A stretch of DNA of 63,008 nt, counting the filler, from Clostridia bacterium (lineage in GTDB: Bacteria; Bacillota; Clostridia; Acetivibrionales; JBAZRJ01), in assembly GCA_041662985.1 (NCBI GenBank). It is 3 parts of 3 records of this genome, joined end to end, with 100 filler letters (N's around TTAATTAATTAA, not from the genome) between each part and the next. Parts side by side here need not be neighbours in the genome. Positions count along the whole stretch, not along the records: positions 24,629 to 47,412 come from JBAZRJ010000032.1; positions 47,513 to 63,008 come from JBAZRJ010000044.1; 1 more part is not named here. One strand, given 5' to 3'. The position numbers and the translations under genes are program-made. Below are positions 40,180 through 50,485 of the stretch, in pieces. A model generated the notes under the pieces. The model was not told the origin of the DNA and searched no databases. It saw only the letters and a list, made by a program, of their open reading frames with translations. Every line of letters begins with the position of its first letter. The stretch's first letter is position 1.

Positions 40180-41445
40180 ATGGAAGAGCCCAACGAAAGA
40201 AAAGGAAGCAAACTAAAAACTATGGCAATAATTACGATTGTTTTTATTTCGCTGTATTTAACTGCACTTTTTATCTGGTCTTCGCAAAAAACTGTAGCAA
40301 CCGACTTTATACAAACGGGAGAAATCGAAAATTCGGTAAATTCTGATGCATACATTGTCAGAGACGAAGTAGTTATTGATTCCACCTTGACGGGAAGCTA
40401 CATTCCAAATGCAGAAGATGGAGACAAAGTTGCCGCGAACTATTGCATCGCTACAGTACTAAACGGAACCTCCGAGAGTCTTATTGATCAGCTGAAAGCG
40501 AAGGAACTGAGCATTTTAAAGGCTCTTCAAAAGAAAAGTACAAGTTTGGATTATTTTTCTAAAGATATCGATAAAATTGATACGGATATAGAAGCGGAAA
40601 CATCGAAACTTGTGTTGGCAATCAACGATAACAATATTACACAATCTTCGCGAATTCAGGAAGAAATAAACGTTTTAATGCAAAAAAAAGCTGAGATAAT
40701 CGGAGGAACGGCAACTACAGACCCTAAAATTAATGCGCTTAAGGCGGAGAGAGATCATTTAAAGCTGCTTGTTGAGGAAAACAGAAGACAGATAAATACT
40801 CCGTATTCAGGCATAATTTCATATGAGACGGACGGATACGAGAAGACTTTGAAACCAAGCATGATAATTTCAGCAACACCTCAATATTTGGATGGAATTA
40901 AAGTCAATACATCAGTAAAGAATGTTGCACAGGAAACAACGGCCGGAAAACCGATTGCCAAAGTAATAAAAGATATAAACGACTATTTTTTGGTTCCGAT
41001 TGAAACGAATAAAGCCAAGAAGTTTGGTTTTGGCGAGGTCTTAAAAATCAGAATCAACGATATCGGAGAAGTTGTAACCGCAACCGTTTACAACATTTCT
41101 AAAGATTATAACGGAAGATGTGTCCTATCTTTAAAAACCGACAGATATATCAGTGAAACTTCAAACATGCGAAAAATTAACATTGATATTATTAAAAACC
41201 TCTATTCCGGATACAAGGTACAGGTAAGTTCATTGCTAAACATTAATAAGACCGACAAGACAGCCGAAATAGTTCTTGTTAAATTCAGCGCAGCAAAATT
41301 TACTACGGTAAAATTAATCGGTAAGAATGACACATTTGCAATAATCGATAATGTTGATGAAACATACGGAAGCGGAGTGAATCTTTACGATTCATATATA
41401 ATTAACCCGATAAATATTCAGGAAGGCCAGGATATAACAAAATGA
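40180..41445 (+). CDS. HlyD-like membrane fusion/periplasmic adaptor protein
   Basis: N-terminal TM, IVRDE, GDKVA, coiled coil, TPYSGIISYETDGYE; typical position before yggS. Confidence 0.65.
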   Translation: MEEPNERKGSKLKTMAIITIVFISLYLTALFIWSSQKTVATDFIQTGEIENSVNSDAYIVRDEVVIDSTLTGSYIPNAEDGDKVAANYCIATVLNGTSESLIDQLKAKELSILKALQKKSTSLDYFSKDIDKIDTDIEAETSKLVLAINDNNITQSSRIQEEINVLMQKKAEIIGGTATTDPKINALKAERDHLKLLVEENRRQINTPYSGIISYETDGYEKTLKPSMIISATPQYLDGIKVNTSVKNVAQETTAGKPIAKVIKDINDYFLVPIETNKAKKFGFGEVLKIRINDIGEVVTATVYNISKDYNGRCVLSLKTDRYISETSNMRKINIDIIKNLYSGYKVQVSSLLNINKTDKTAEIVLVKFSAAKFTTVKLIGKNDTFAIIDNVDETYGSGVNLYDSYIINPINIQEGQDITK

Positions 41446-42134
41446 CGAGTGAAATAACGAAAAATATTGAGGATATAAAGCGGAGAGTCGAAAAAGCCGC
41501 TATAAAAAGCGGAAGAAAATTTGAGGACATAAAAATTATTGCAGTTACCAAGACAATCGACTCTGAGAGAATAAATGAGGTTCTTGATGAAAATATTCTC
41601 GATTTGGGAGAAAACAGAGTTCAGGAAATATGCAGAAAATACGATGAAATTAAACGACCCTGCAATTGGCATATGATTGGGCACCTGCAAACCAACAAAG
41701 TAAAATATATCATAAACAAGGTCGCTATGATTCATTCATTGGACAGTTTTGAACTTGCGCAAGAGTTGCAGAAGAGAGCTAAGAGGGCTGGAATTTCAAT
41801 GGATGTGCTGGTTGAGGTTAATGTATCGGGAGAAATTTCAAAGTACGGCATCGCACCAAAAGACGTTCTTGATTTCATAAAAAAGGCCAGCGTTTTTCCA
41901 AATATTAAGATAAAAGGTTTGATGACAATCGCTCCAAATGCTCAAAATACGGAAGATATTAGGATGGTTTTTAAAGAAATTTATAAAATATTCCTTGACA
42001 TAAGGAAAGAAAATATTAATAATATAGATATAAACTATATTTCAGCAGGCATGAGCAACGATTTTGAAGTTGCAATTGAAGAAGGTGCGAATATAGTTAG
42101 AGTCGGTACATCGATTTTTGGAAAAAGAAATTGA
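41442..42134 (+). CDS. yggS: YggS-family PLP homeostasis protein
   Basis: IAVTKT, GENRVQE, WHMIGHLQTNKVK, GLMTIAP, GMSNDF, VRVGT. Confidence 0.95.
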   Translation: MTSEITKNIEDIKRRVEKAAIKSGRKFEDIKIIAVTKTIDSERINEVLDENILDLGENRVQEICRKYDEIKRPCNWHMIGHLQTNKVKYIINKVAMIHSLDSFELAQELQKRAKRAGISMDVLVEVNVSGEISKYGIAPKDVLDFIKKASVFPNIKIKGLMTIAPNAQNTEDIRMVFKEIYKIFLDIRKENINNIDINYISAGMSNDFEVAIEEGANIVRVGTSIFGKRN

Positions 42135-42201
42135 TGCGGGTTTTTACGTAAGCAGGGAAAAAAGTAAATAATACTAATGATAAGCAGGAGGTAAAAAAAC
42201 C

Positions 42202-42666
42202 ATGGATAAGATTTTTAGCAAGGTTCTAAATTTTGTTGGTTGGGAAACCGAAGAGGAAGACGAAGTTTTGGCAGTTGAAGCTCGCAGAAATGAAGTGACA
42301 GAACAGGAACCCGAAAAACCAAAGTACATGCAATCGTTCTCACAAAGACAGCGTAATAAGGTTGTGAACATTCATTCCAACAATCAATTAAAAGTGGTTA
42401 TTGAACACCCTCATTCATTTGATGATTCACAGGAAATCTGTGAACATCTCAAAAGCAAAAAGCCTATCGTCATGAATCTCGAAGAAGTTGAAAAAGAAGA
42501 AGCGCAGCGCATAGTTGATTTTCTGAGCGGTTCTGTTTATGCCCTGGATGGAAACATTCAAAAGGTATCAAACGGGATATTTTTGATTGCGCCAAGCAAT
42601 GTTGATATTTTGGGGGAAGTTAAAGACGATTTAAGGGGCAAGGGCGTATTCCCTTGGGCAAAATAG
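42202..42666 (+). CDS. sepF: Cell division protein SepF
   Basis: AQRIVDFLSGSVYALDGNIQKV..IFLIAPSNV. Confidence 0.95.
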   Translation: MDKIFSKVLNFVGWETEEEDEVLAVEARRNEVTEQEPEKPKYMQSFSQRQRNKVVNIHSNNQLKVVIEHPHSFDDSQEICEHLKSKKPIVMNLEEVEKEEAQRIVDFLSGSVYALDGNIQKVSNGIFLIAPSNVDILGEVKDDLRGKGVFPWAK

Positions 42667-42690
42667 CACTTTGTAAATACGGAGGATGAA

Positions 42691-42978
42691 ATGTTTGCTT
42701 TGCTGATAATTGTAATTGATTTTTTGTTTCGAATTCTTGAGGCTGTTTTGGTAATACGAGTAATTATCTCATGGTTGCCCATATCAGGTAATAACCAGTT
42801 TGTAAACCTTTTATACAGGGTAACGGAACCGATATTGGTTCCGATTAGAAAAATACTGAACAAAACTCCGCTGGGGCATAATGTAATGTTCGATTTATCC
42901 CCTATATTTGCTTTTTTGGCGTTAGGTATTTTGAGAAATATACTTTATTCAATATTATCAAATATTGTCGTGAAATAA
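42691..42978 (+). CDS. yggT: YggT/YlmG family membrane protein
   Basis: RVIISWLP, VTEPILVPIR, DLSPI. Confidence 0.92.
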   Translation: MFALLIIVIDFLFRILEAVLVIRVIISWLPISGNNQFVNLLYRVTEPILVPIRKILNKTPLGHNVMFDLSPIFAFLALGILRNILYSILSNIVVK

Positions 42979-43021
42979 ACCGATATTTTCGTGCGTATGC
43001 ACAATGAAGGGAATGAGTTTT

Positions 43022-43654
43022 ATGAATTATACTCCAAATGATATCCAAAACCTTGAATTTAAGAAATCGATGCGCGGCTTCGATGAAGATATGGTTAATG
43101 ATGTACTTGATAAAATCATTGAAGATTACAGCAATTATATCCATGAGAATATTGAATTGAAGGATAGGATCGGTGTCTTAAGCGAAGGAATTCAGCACTA
43201 TAAAAATATTGAGGATTCACTTCAGGAAACATTGGTTATCGCCCAGCAAACAAGCGAAGAAATTAAGAAAAATGCTCAGGAAAAAGCTGATCTTATTATC
43301 AGAGAAGCTGAAATGAGAGCTCAGGGTATCGTAAATGACGCCTCAAAAGATTCCACAAAAGCAAAATTCCAATATGATGAGATTAAGAATAAAATGTACA
43401 TGTTTAAGGTCAGAACGGAATCTTTGCTTAGTTCACAGTTGGAAATGTTAAAGCAAATGTTTGATGAAGACGAAGATCCCGTAAAACAGGCTGTTAAGAA
43501 CAGCGAAAAATTTAAAGAAAAAGAAGACGCTAAAAAATTAGAAGCAAAAAAAGAATTCAACAAAGATATTTCAGAAACCAAAGTAACGAGGAAAATTCAA
43601 GAAATTGATGAAAATGAGAATGTCGAAATTACTGAAGTTATTGAAAGAGATTGA
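43022..43654 (+). CDS. divIVA: DivIVA-domain cell division protein
   Basis: TPNDIQNLEFKKSMRGFDEDMVNDVLD followed by coiled coil. Confidence 0.9.
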   Translation: MNYTPNDIQNLEFKKSMRGFDEDMVNDVLDKIIEDYSNYIHENIELKDRIGVLSEGIQHYKNIEDSLQETLVIAQQTSEEIKKNAQEKADLIIREAEMRAQGIVNDASKDSTKAKFQYDEIKNKMYMFKVRTESLLSSQLEMLKQMFDEDEDPVKQAVKNSEKFKEKEDAKKLEAKKEFNKDISETKVTRKIQEIDENENVEITEVIERD

Positions 43655-43741
43655 AAGGCACAAAAAAGCGGTCTATAATGACTTGATTTCTTGCATTTTT
43701 GGATAAAATGTTATACAATTTACTAAAATTCAATAAAGTAA

Positions 43742-44022
43742 ATGCGATGACGGGAAAGAGTAGAAGGCAAAAACTTTTAGAGAGTGGATGTTGGTGGAAA
43801 TTCCGCAGGGAGAACCTTTGAAAATCATCCCCGAGCTTAACCCCTGAAAGGGATTCAATGTAGTAAGGGGATTACGGTAGACGCCGTTATGTTTATGAGT
43901 GATTATTATTAATAATAAAATCGAATGATGATTTTGTTTTTCGTAATAATAAATTCGGGTGGCACCGCGTGAGAATATTTTACCCTCTCGTCCCTTGATT
44001 CAAGGCGACTGAGGGTTTTTTT
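43742..44022 (+). promoter_or_regulatory. Ile-specific T-box riboswitch
   Basis: GCGATGA..AGAGTAG..AGAGAG..GGTGGAA stem I, specifier ATC 43824-43826, T-box AATTCGGGTGGCACCGCG 43952-43969, terminator 43982-44022; upstream TTGCAT-17-TACAAT. Confidence 0.93.
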
Positions 44023-44097
44023 AATATGAAAAACCCAAAAAATACTAAAAGAAAGATTAATTAAAATTATTGTAAATATAGCAATGGAGGAATCAAG

Positions 44098-47000
44098 ATG
44101 TACGAAAAAGTATCAACGAATTTGAATTTTGTTGAAAGAGAAAAGGAAATAACGAAATTCTGGAATGAAAATAATGTCTTTAAAAAAAGTATAGAGACGA
44201 GGGAAGGCGGACCGACATTCACTTTTTATGACGGACCTCCGACGGCTAACGGCAAACCGCATATCGGCCACATTTTAACCCGCGTTATCAAGGACATAAT
44301 TCCAAGATATAAGACGATGAAAGGCTATAAGGTTTTGAGAAAAGCCGGATGGGATACTCACGGACTTCCGGTTGAACTTGAAGTTGAAAAAACGCTGAAT
44401 ATAAACGGCAAACCGGAAATTGAAAAATTCGGTGTTGAACCGTTTATTAATCAATGCAAAAAAAGTGTCTGGACATATGAAAAAGAATGGCGAAATATGA
44501 GCGACAGAGTCGGATTCTGGGCTGATATGGATGGACCGTATGTCACTTATCACAATAGTTACATAGAATCAGTCTGGTGGTCTCTAAGGAAGATTTGGGA
44601 CCAAGGACTTTTATACAAAGGTCACAAAATCGTACCGTATTGCCCCCGCTGCGGAACCTCACTTTCAAGCCATGAGGTTGCACAGGGGTATAAAGATGTA
44701 AAAGAGGATTCGATATTTGTCAAATTTGCAGTTAAGGGCGAGGAAAATGTTTTTCTTCTCGCATGGACGACTACTCCATGGACATTGCCGTCAAACGTTG
44801 CGCTGACGGTAAATCCTGATATTACATATGTAAGAGCTAAATGCGGCGATGAAGTTTACATTTTGGCTGAATCACTGGCCGAAAGCGTTCTTGAATGCGA
44901 ATTTGAGGTTGTTAAACAGTATAAAGGAAAAGAGCTTGTCGGAATTTCTTACGAACCTCTTTTTGACTTTGCGAAGGTAAGTGAGAAAGCATATTTCGTG
45001 GTTGAAGGCGACTTTGTTACGTTGTCTGAAGGTACGGGAATTGTGCACACTGCTCCTGCATTCGGCGAGGATGATGCAAGAGTGGGAAGGGCGAATAACC
45101 TGCCGTTTGTACAGCTTGTCAACGAAGAGGGCAGGTTTTTGGATTCTGTAACTCCTTGGAAGGGAGTATTTGTGAAGGACGCAGACCCTGATATCATTAA
45201 GAATCTGGATGACCGAAATCTTATGCTGAAAAAAATGGAGTATGAGCATTCATATCCATTCTGCTGGAGATGTGACACACCGCTTATTTACTACGCACGC
45301 GACACATGGTTCATTGAAATGACAAAAATAAAAGATAAATTGATTAGGAATAATAAAAAAATCAACTGGTATCCCGAGAGCATCGGTGAACTCAGATTCG
45401 GCAATTTCCTTGAAAATGTTGTCGATTGGGGACTCAGTCGTGAAAGATATTGGGGTACCCCGCTTCCGATATGGGAATGCGATTGCGGCCACAGGCACTT
45501 AATCGGAAGCATTGAAGAACTCAAAAGCATGGGGGATAATGTTCCTGACGATATCGAGCTGCATAAACCGTATATCGATAAGGTGTTTTTGAAATGTCCA
45601 AAATGCGGCGGCAAGATGACTCGTGTATCAGAAGTTATTGACTGTTGGTACGATTCGGGGGCAATGCCATTTGCACAATGGCACTATCCTTTCGAGAACA
45701 AGGAAATATTTGAGGATAATTTCCCGGCCGACTTCATAAGCGAGGCGTTGGATCAGACAAGAGGCTGGTTTTACACACTTCTTGCTATCTCGACTCTTGT
45801 TTTTGATAAACCGGCATATAAAAATGTTATAGTGCTTGGACTTGTTCAGGATAAAGAAGGCATTAAAATGAGCAAGCACAAAGGAAATGTTGTCGATCCG
45901 TTTTCCGTTCTTGATAAACAGGGCGCAGACGCGGTTCGCTGGTATTTCTATACTGCAAGTGCACCATGGCTTCCAAGCCGTTTCTACGAAGAAGCCGTCA
46001 GCGAAGGACAAAGAAAATTCATGGGCACGCTTTGGAATACCTATGCTTTCTACATTCTTTACGCGGAGATCGACAAGTTTGATCCTACGAAATACAAGCT
46101 TGATTCAGACAGTTTAAACATAATGGATAAATGGATAATGTCGAAGCTGAACTCACTAATTAAGCAGGTCGACGACGGCCTTGATTCATATAAGATAACC
46201 GAATCCGCAAGAGCGATACAGGATTTTGTCGACGATTTGAGCAACTGGTATGTAAGACGTTCAAGGGAACGCTTCTGGCAGAAAGAAATGCCTCAGGATA
46301 AAATAAATGCCTATATGACTTTAAGTACTGTAATTTCAACGATTATAAAGCTTGCAGCTCCGTTTGTGCCATTTATGTCCGAAGGAATTTATCAGAATAT
46401 GGTCAGAAAGGTTGATAAAAATGCGCCTATAAGCGTTCATCTGTGCGATTTTCCGGGTGCTGACACAAAACTTATTGACGAGGAACTTGAGAAGAATATG
46501 GAGCTTGTTTTAAAAATAGTCGTCGCTGGCCGCTCATGCAGAAATACAGCTAACATCAAGAATCGTCAGCCGATTGGCAAAATGTATGTCAAGGCGGATT
46601 TCGAACTGCCCGAAATGTATAAAAGTGTTGTTCAGGATGAATTAAACGTTAAAGAAATTATTTTCACGGGTGATACGAAAGAATTTATAACATATAAGTT
46701 TAAGCCGCAGATGAAAACGCTCGGACCTAAGTATGGAAAGCTGCTTTCGAAAATAGGAGGCAAGCTTATGACAGTTGACGGAAACGAATTTATGGGCAAA
46801 CTGAAAGAGCATGGAACTGTGGGATTTGAACTTGAGGGAACCGATGTGTCGCTGACGGAAGAGGATTTGTTGATTGAGGTCACTCAAAAAGATGGATTTG
46901 TAGCTGAAATCAATAAAGATGTTACTGTTATTCTTGACACAAATCTGACACCTGAATTAATCGAAGAAGGTTTTGTTCGCGAAATTGTAAGCAAGGTTCA

Positions 47001-47214
47001 GACAATGAGAAAAGAAGCCGGATTCGAGGTTTCAAACCACATTAAATTCTATTACGGGGACAATGAGTTGATTTCCGGTATCATCGTAAAAAACAAAGAA
47101 AAAATATCAAACGAATTGCTTGCGGATGAGATGATCAAGGGCAGTGCGGACGGATATACCAAGGAATGGAATATTAACAATGAAAAGGTTATAATGACAG
47201 TAGTAAAGGTATAA
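44098..47214 (+). CDS. ileS: Isoleucine-tRNA ligase (IleRS2 type)
   Basis: DGPPTANGKPHIGH, GWDTHGLP, WTTTPWT, DWGLSRERYWGTP, DQTRGWF, KMSKH; no C-terminal Zn finger. Confidence 0.97.
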   Translation: MYEKVSTNLNFVEREKEITKFWNENNVFKKSIETREGGPTFTFYDGPPTANGKPHIGHILTRVIKDIIPRYKTMKGYKVLRKAGWDTHGLPVELEVEKTLNINGKPEIEKFGVEPFINQCKKSVWTYEKEWRNMSDRVGFWADMDGPYVTYHNSYIESVWWSLRKIWDQGLLYKGHKIVPYCPRCGTSLSSHEVAQGYKDVKEDSIFVKFAVKGEENVFLLAWTTTPWTLPSNVALTVNPDITYVRAKCGDEVYILAESLAESVLECEFEVVKQYKGKELVGISYEPLFDFAKVSEKAYFVVEGDFVTLSEGTGIVHTAPAFGEDDARVGRANNLPFVQLVNEEGRFLDSVTPWKGVFVKDADPDIIKNLDDRNLMLKKMEYEHSYPFCWRCDTPLIYYARDTWFIEMTKIKDKLIRNNKKINWYPESIGELRFGNFLENVVDWGLSRERYWGTPLPIWECDCGHRHLIGSIEELKSMGDNVPDDIELHKPYIDKVFLKCPKCGGKMTRVSEVIDCWYDSGAMPFAQWHYPFENKEIFEDNFPADFISEALDQTRGWFYTLLAISTLVFDKPAYKNVIVLGLVQDKEGIKMSKHKGNVVDPFSVLDKQGADAVRWYFYTASAPWLPSRFYEEAVSEGQRKFMGTLWNTYAFYILYAEIDKFDPTKYKLDSDSLNIMDKWIMSKLNSLIKQVDDGLDSYKITESARAIQDFVDDLSNWYVRRSRERFWQKEMPQDKINAYMTLSTVISTIIKLAAPFVPFMSEGIYQNMVRKVDKNAPISVHLCDFPGADTKLIDEELEKNMELVLKIVVAGRSCRNTANIKNRQPIGKMYVKADFELPEMYKSVVQDELNVKEIIFTGDTKEFITYKFKPQMKTLGPKYGKLLSKIGGKLMTVDGNEFMGKLKEHGTVGFELEGTDVSLTEEDLLIEVTQKDGFVAEINKDVTVILDTNLTPELIEEGFVREIVSKVQTMRKEAGFEVSNHIKFYYGDNELISGIIVKNKEKISNELLADEMIKGSADGYTKEWNINNEKVIMTVVKV

Positions 47215-47316
47215 AACGCAAATGAACGGCGGGGACGCGGGTACGGTTCTCGAAACCGAGGGGCGGATCTTAAAAGCTGAGAAAGAAGGACGGTTCTCGA
47301 AAATGGAGGGTTAGCA

Positions 47317-47412
47317 ATGATAAATGTCAATATAAATATCCCGGGGAAAGAATATCCGATTTTTATTACTTCCGATTATAAAGATCTTGGAGGTATATAA
47401 AAGAACACTGCG
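47317..47412 (+). CDS. Probable N-terminal fragment of 3-dehydroquinate synthase (contig end)
   Basis: GGAGG RBS then MINVNINIPGKEYPIFITSDY, resembling AroB N-termini; stop near contig end is possibly an error. Confidence 0.45.
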
Positions 47413-47512
47413 NNNNNNNNNNNNNNNNNNNNNNNNNNNNNNNNNNNNNNNNNNNNTTAATTAATTAANNNNNNNNNNNNNNNNNNNNNNNNNNNNNNNN
47501 NNNNNNNNNNNN
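47413..47512. other. Assembly gap with artificial six-frame-stop linker
   Basis: 44 N + TTAATTAATTAA + 44 N. Confidence 0.95.
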
Positions 47513-47514
47513 CC

Positions 47515-48846
47515 GCGATTAGTTTCCTTTCGAATTTCTTCCTGGACAAGCAATTTCAAAGCTATGTTTTAAGCCAACAGGAGCAAAAGAATAAAAGCAC
47601 GGTTATGCGTATAAGTCAGCAATATAACGACAACGGCAACGGCTGGAATGGAGCAAATCTGGAAAGTATAGGGGAATCAGCGCTTGAGGATGGTATTATT
47701 ATAAAGATTAAGGACAGCACAGGTAAAACAATCTGGGATGCAAGGCTTCACAATAAAGGATTATGCAGCAAAATGCTTTCACATATGGAAGAGAATATGG
47801 CCAGCAGGTACAATAATTTCAAGGGCGGATATGTTGAAAAAGAATATCCTTTAACATATAACTCAAGTGAAATAGGCAATGTCAAATTAGGATTTTACGG
47901 GCCGTTTTATTTTACTGATGACGATCTTGATTTCATAAGCACATTGAATAATATTTTATTGGTTGTCGGAGCGGGTGCTCTTTTGTTTGCGTTACTTCTC
48001 GGAGCCTATATGGCGAGACGCTTGAGCAATCCTATTTCAAGTGTAATCAAATCGGCAAACCAAATAGCAAAAGGTGATTTTAGCGGCAGGATTCCGGAAA
48101 TATCAAATACGAAAGAAATCGGAGAATTGACGACAACAATCAACGGGCTTGCGGAAACGCTTGAAGGGCAGGAAACTCTAAGGAAACATTTATCTGCAGA
48201 TGTTGCACATGAGCTGCACACACCGCTTGCCACATTGCAAAGTCATATTGAAGCAATGATTGACGGTATATGGAAGCCTGACAAACAAAGGCTTAAGAGC
48301 TGCCATGAGGAAGTCATACGAATCAATAAGCTGGTCAAGGATATCGAAAAGCTTGCCAGATACGAAAGCGAGAACTTAATTCTTCATAAAACTGATTTTG
48401 ATTTATCTGCGCTCATACAAAATACTGCGAGCAATTTTGAGGCGGACTTTGCCAACAAGGAAATAAAAATAAACTTTACCGGCAGGAAACATAATATAAA
48501 CGCCGATAAGGATAAAATAAGCCAAGTGATTGTAAATCTATTGTCAAACGCATTGAAATATACGGAAAAGGGCGGGTCCGTCGATATTGAATTAAAGGAA
48601 ACTGCTGATAAAATTGCAATTAGCGTAAAAGACAACGGGATAGGAATCTCATCAGAAGATCTGCCTCATGTCTTCGAAAGATTCTTCAGAGCAGACAAGT
48701 CGAGAAACCGTATGACAGGCGGATCTGGAATAGGTTTGTCAATTGTGAAGGCAATTATTGATGCGCATAAAGGCGGTATTGACGTCAGCAGCGAACCCGC
48801 AAAAGGCACTGAATTTGTTATAATTCTGCCAAAACATCCGGAATAA
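47515..48846 (+). CDS. HAMP-domain sensor histidine kinase (BaeS-like, 5' truncated)
   Basis: Frame open from contig start; ADVAHELHTPL, NLLSNALKY, DNGIGI, FERFFRADKSR, GSGIGL. Confidence 0.93.
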   Translation, partial: AISFLSNFFLDKQFQSYVLSQQEQKNKSTVMRISQQYNDNGNGWNGANLESIGESALEDGIIIKIKDSTGKTIWDARLHNKGLCSKMLSHMEENMASRYNNFKGGYVEKEYPLTYNSSEIGNVKLGFYGPFYFTDDDLDFISTLNNILLVVGAGALLFALLLGAYMARRLSNPISSVIKSANQIAKGDFSGRIPEISNTKEIGELTTTINGLAETLEGQETLRKHLSADVAHELHTPLATLQSHIEAMIDGIWKPDKQRLKSCHEEVIRINKLVKDIEKLARYESENLILHKTDFDLSALIQNTASNFEADFANKEIKINFTGRKHNINADKDKISQVIVNLLSNALKYTEKGGSVDIELKETADKIAISVKDNGIGISSEDLPHVFERFFRADKSRNRMTGGSGIGLSIVKAIIDAHKGGIDVSSEPAKGTEFVIILPKHPE

Positions 48847-49006
48847 AATATACCTGAATCAAACTGAATTATAAACATTTGAATAAATCACACAAACCTT
48901 TAAGAAAACTGACTGTTTTTTCTTTGTCCCGAGTTATATTATATGATATTATGGGAATAGTAACATTGAATGACGGATGTTTATTAATCGGGAGGAAAGA
49001 ATACCT

Positions 49007-49315
49007 ATGAATGATGATAAAAACGCTGAGTCAACCATCAAATGGATTATAGTTACAACTGTTCCAAACAATATCGAATTTGAAATGGTTTCGGGAATTC
49101 TTGAGATGGCAAAAATACCTGTTGTTAAAAAGGTATACGGAGTTGACAGTTTTGCGGAAGTTCTTTTTGGAATGCCTATCAGCGGAATTGATGTACTTGT
49201 TCCCGAAGACAGACTGGAAGAAGCAAAGCAAATGCTGAATTCAAATGAAGAGGATCTTGAAAGAGAAATTGAAAAAGAAGTCGAAGAATCACTGAAAAAC
49301 AAGCCTGAAGAATAA
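49007..49315 (+). CDS. DUF2007-like putative signal-transducing protein
   Basis: EFEMVSGILEMAKIP...IDVLVPEDRLEEAKQML. Confidence 0.7.
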   Translation: MNDDKNAESTIKWIIVTTVPNNIEFEMVSGILEMAKIPVVKKVYGVDSFAEVLFGMPISGIDVLVPEDRLEEAKQMLNSNEEDLEREIEKEVEESLKNKPEE

Positions 49316-49446
49316 TTTCTGATCATTGGAATGAATGATATTTCCAACGAATTATAGTATAATATAGCAATAGTTATAATTTTTTGCAAAACGGATATAT
49401 AACAGTTTTTGATTGACGGTATTATTTGTTTGAGGAGATGATATGA

Positions 49447-49851
49447 GTGGCTGAAAGACATAAGGTGCTGGTAAGAATGGCGGGCAAGGAATATACTTTG
49501 GTTGGAATTGAGTCAGACGAGTATATTCATAAAGTTGCGATATACATTGACAAGAAAATGAATGAAATAATAAAAATGAATAATAGACTAAGCACAGCTA
49601 TGGTTGCGGTTTTGACAGCCGTCAATGTTGCGGACGATTATTTCAAAGCATCTGACAATGAAACACATATTGATGAAGAATTGAAACTGGCAAGTGATGA
49701 GGTCGAAAGACAAAAAGCCGAAAACAGAAGACTTACCGAGGAAAATTCAACATTCAGCATGAACAACACCGATTTAAAACTTCAAATCGCAAAACTTGAG
49801 GCCGAGCTCAGAGAAGTCAGAAATTCTCTTAATAAAGCGACAGGTCAATAA
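49447..49851 (+). CDS. zapA: Cell division protein ZapA
   Basis: VRMAGKEYTL..EYIHKVAIYIDKKM..AVLTAVNVADDY. Confidence 0.9.
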   Translation: MAERHKVLVRMAGKEYTLVGIESDEYIHKVAIYIDKKMNEIIKMNNRLSTAMVAVLTAVNVADDYFKASDNETHIDEELKLASDEVERQKAENRRLTEENSTFSMNNTDLKLQIAKLEAELREVRNSLNKATGQ

Positions 49852-49861
49852 TTAAACGGAG

Positions 49862-50437
49862 ATGATTGATATGATAACTTTTACACTGCAGGATTTAGGA
49901 TTATTTTTGTTATTTTTGTTCGGAATAGCTGCATGCGTATACATAATAATATTAGTCAGGAATCTTAATAAAAGTGCAAATGATGTTAAGGAGATCCTTA
50001 GTAAAAACAAGGAGAATATTGATAAAGCATTGACCGATTTACCTGTTATTTCAAAGAATGTGGCAGAATTATCGGAAACCGCAAAGGTTGATCTTGACGC
50101 TTTCCAATCGAAGTTTAAAATGATGGGCGACAAATCAGATGAAGGCGGCGATTTCTTCGGAAAAATCGGCGGAATAATTGATATTGCTGATGTTCTTATT
50201 AAATTATTCGCATCAAAATCAAAGACAGGCAGTGAGAAGAAGGAATTCAAAATCATAAAGGAAATTAAAGATTTAATGGACATACAGGATAAAAAATACA
50301 ATAAAGCAAAGACTGAAGAAAAAACGACAGAAGAAAAGAATACAGAAAATGAAAAAGTAAAAGTAAGAGCCGAAGAAGCCAAATCCGACGTTAAAAGCAA
50401 TGATAAAAAGAAAAAGAAAAAAAGAAAAGTTCAATAA
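49862..50437 (+). CDS. Hypothetical membrane protein with coiled coil and Lys-rich tail
   Basis: N-terminal TM, ILSKNKENIDKALTDLP; GGAG RBS. Confidence 0.6.
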   Translation: MIDMITFTLQDLGLFLLFLFGIAACVYIIILVRNLNKSANDVKEILSKNKENIDKALTDLPVISKNVAELSETAKVDLDAFQSKFKMMGDKSDEGGDFFGKIGGIIDIADVLIKLFASKSKTGSEKKEFKIIKEIKDLMDIQDKKYNKAKTEEKTTEEKNTENEKVKVRAEEAKSDVKSNDKKKKKKRKVQ

Positions 50438-50485
50438 ACAAAATCAGAGAAATACGCCAAAATAGTTTTGGGAGACAGACTTTTT

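Noticed and set aside
47317..47412. Leader peptide or aroB pseudogene
   Set aside because: The stop lies 12 bp from the contig end, where errors are common, so it cannot be judged.
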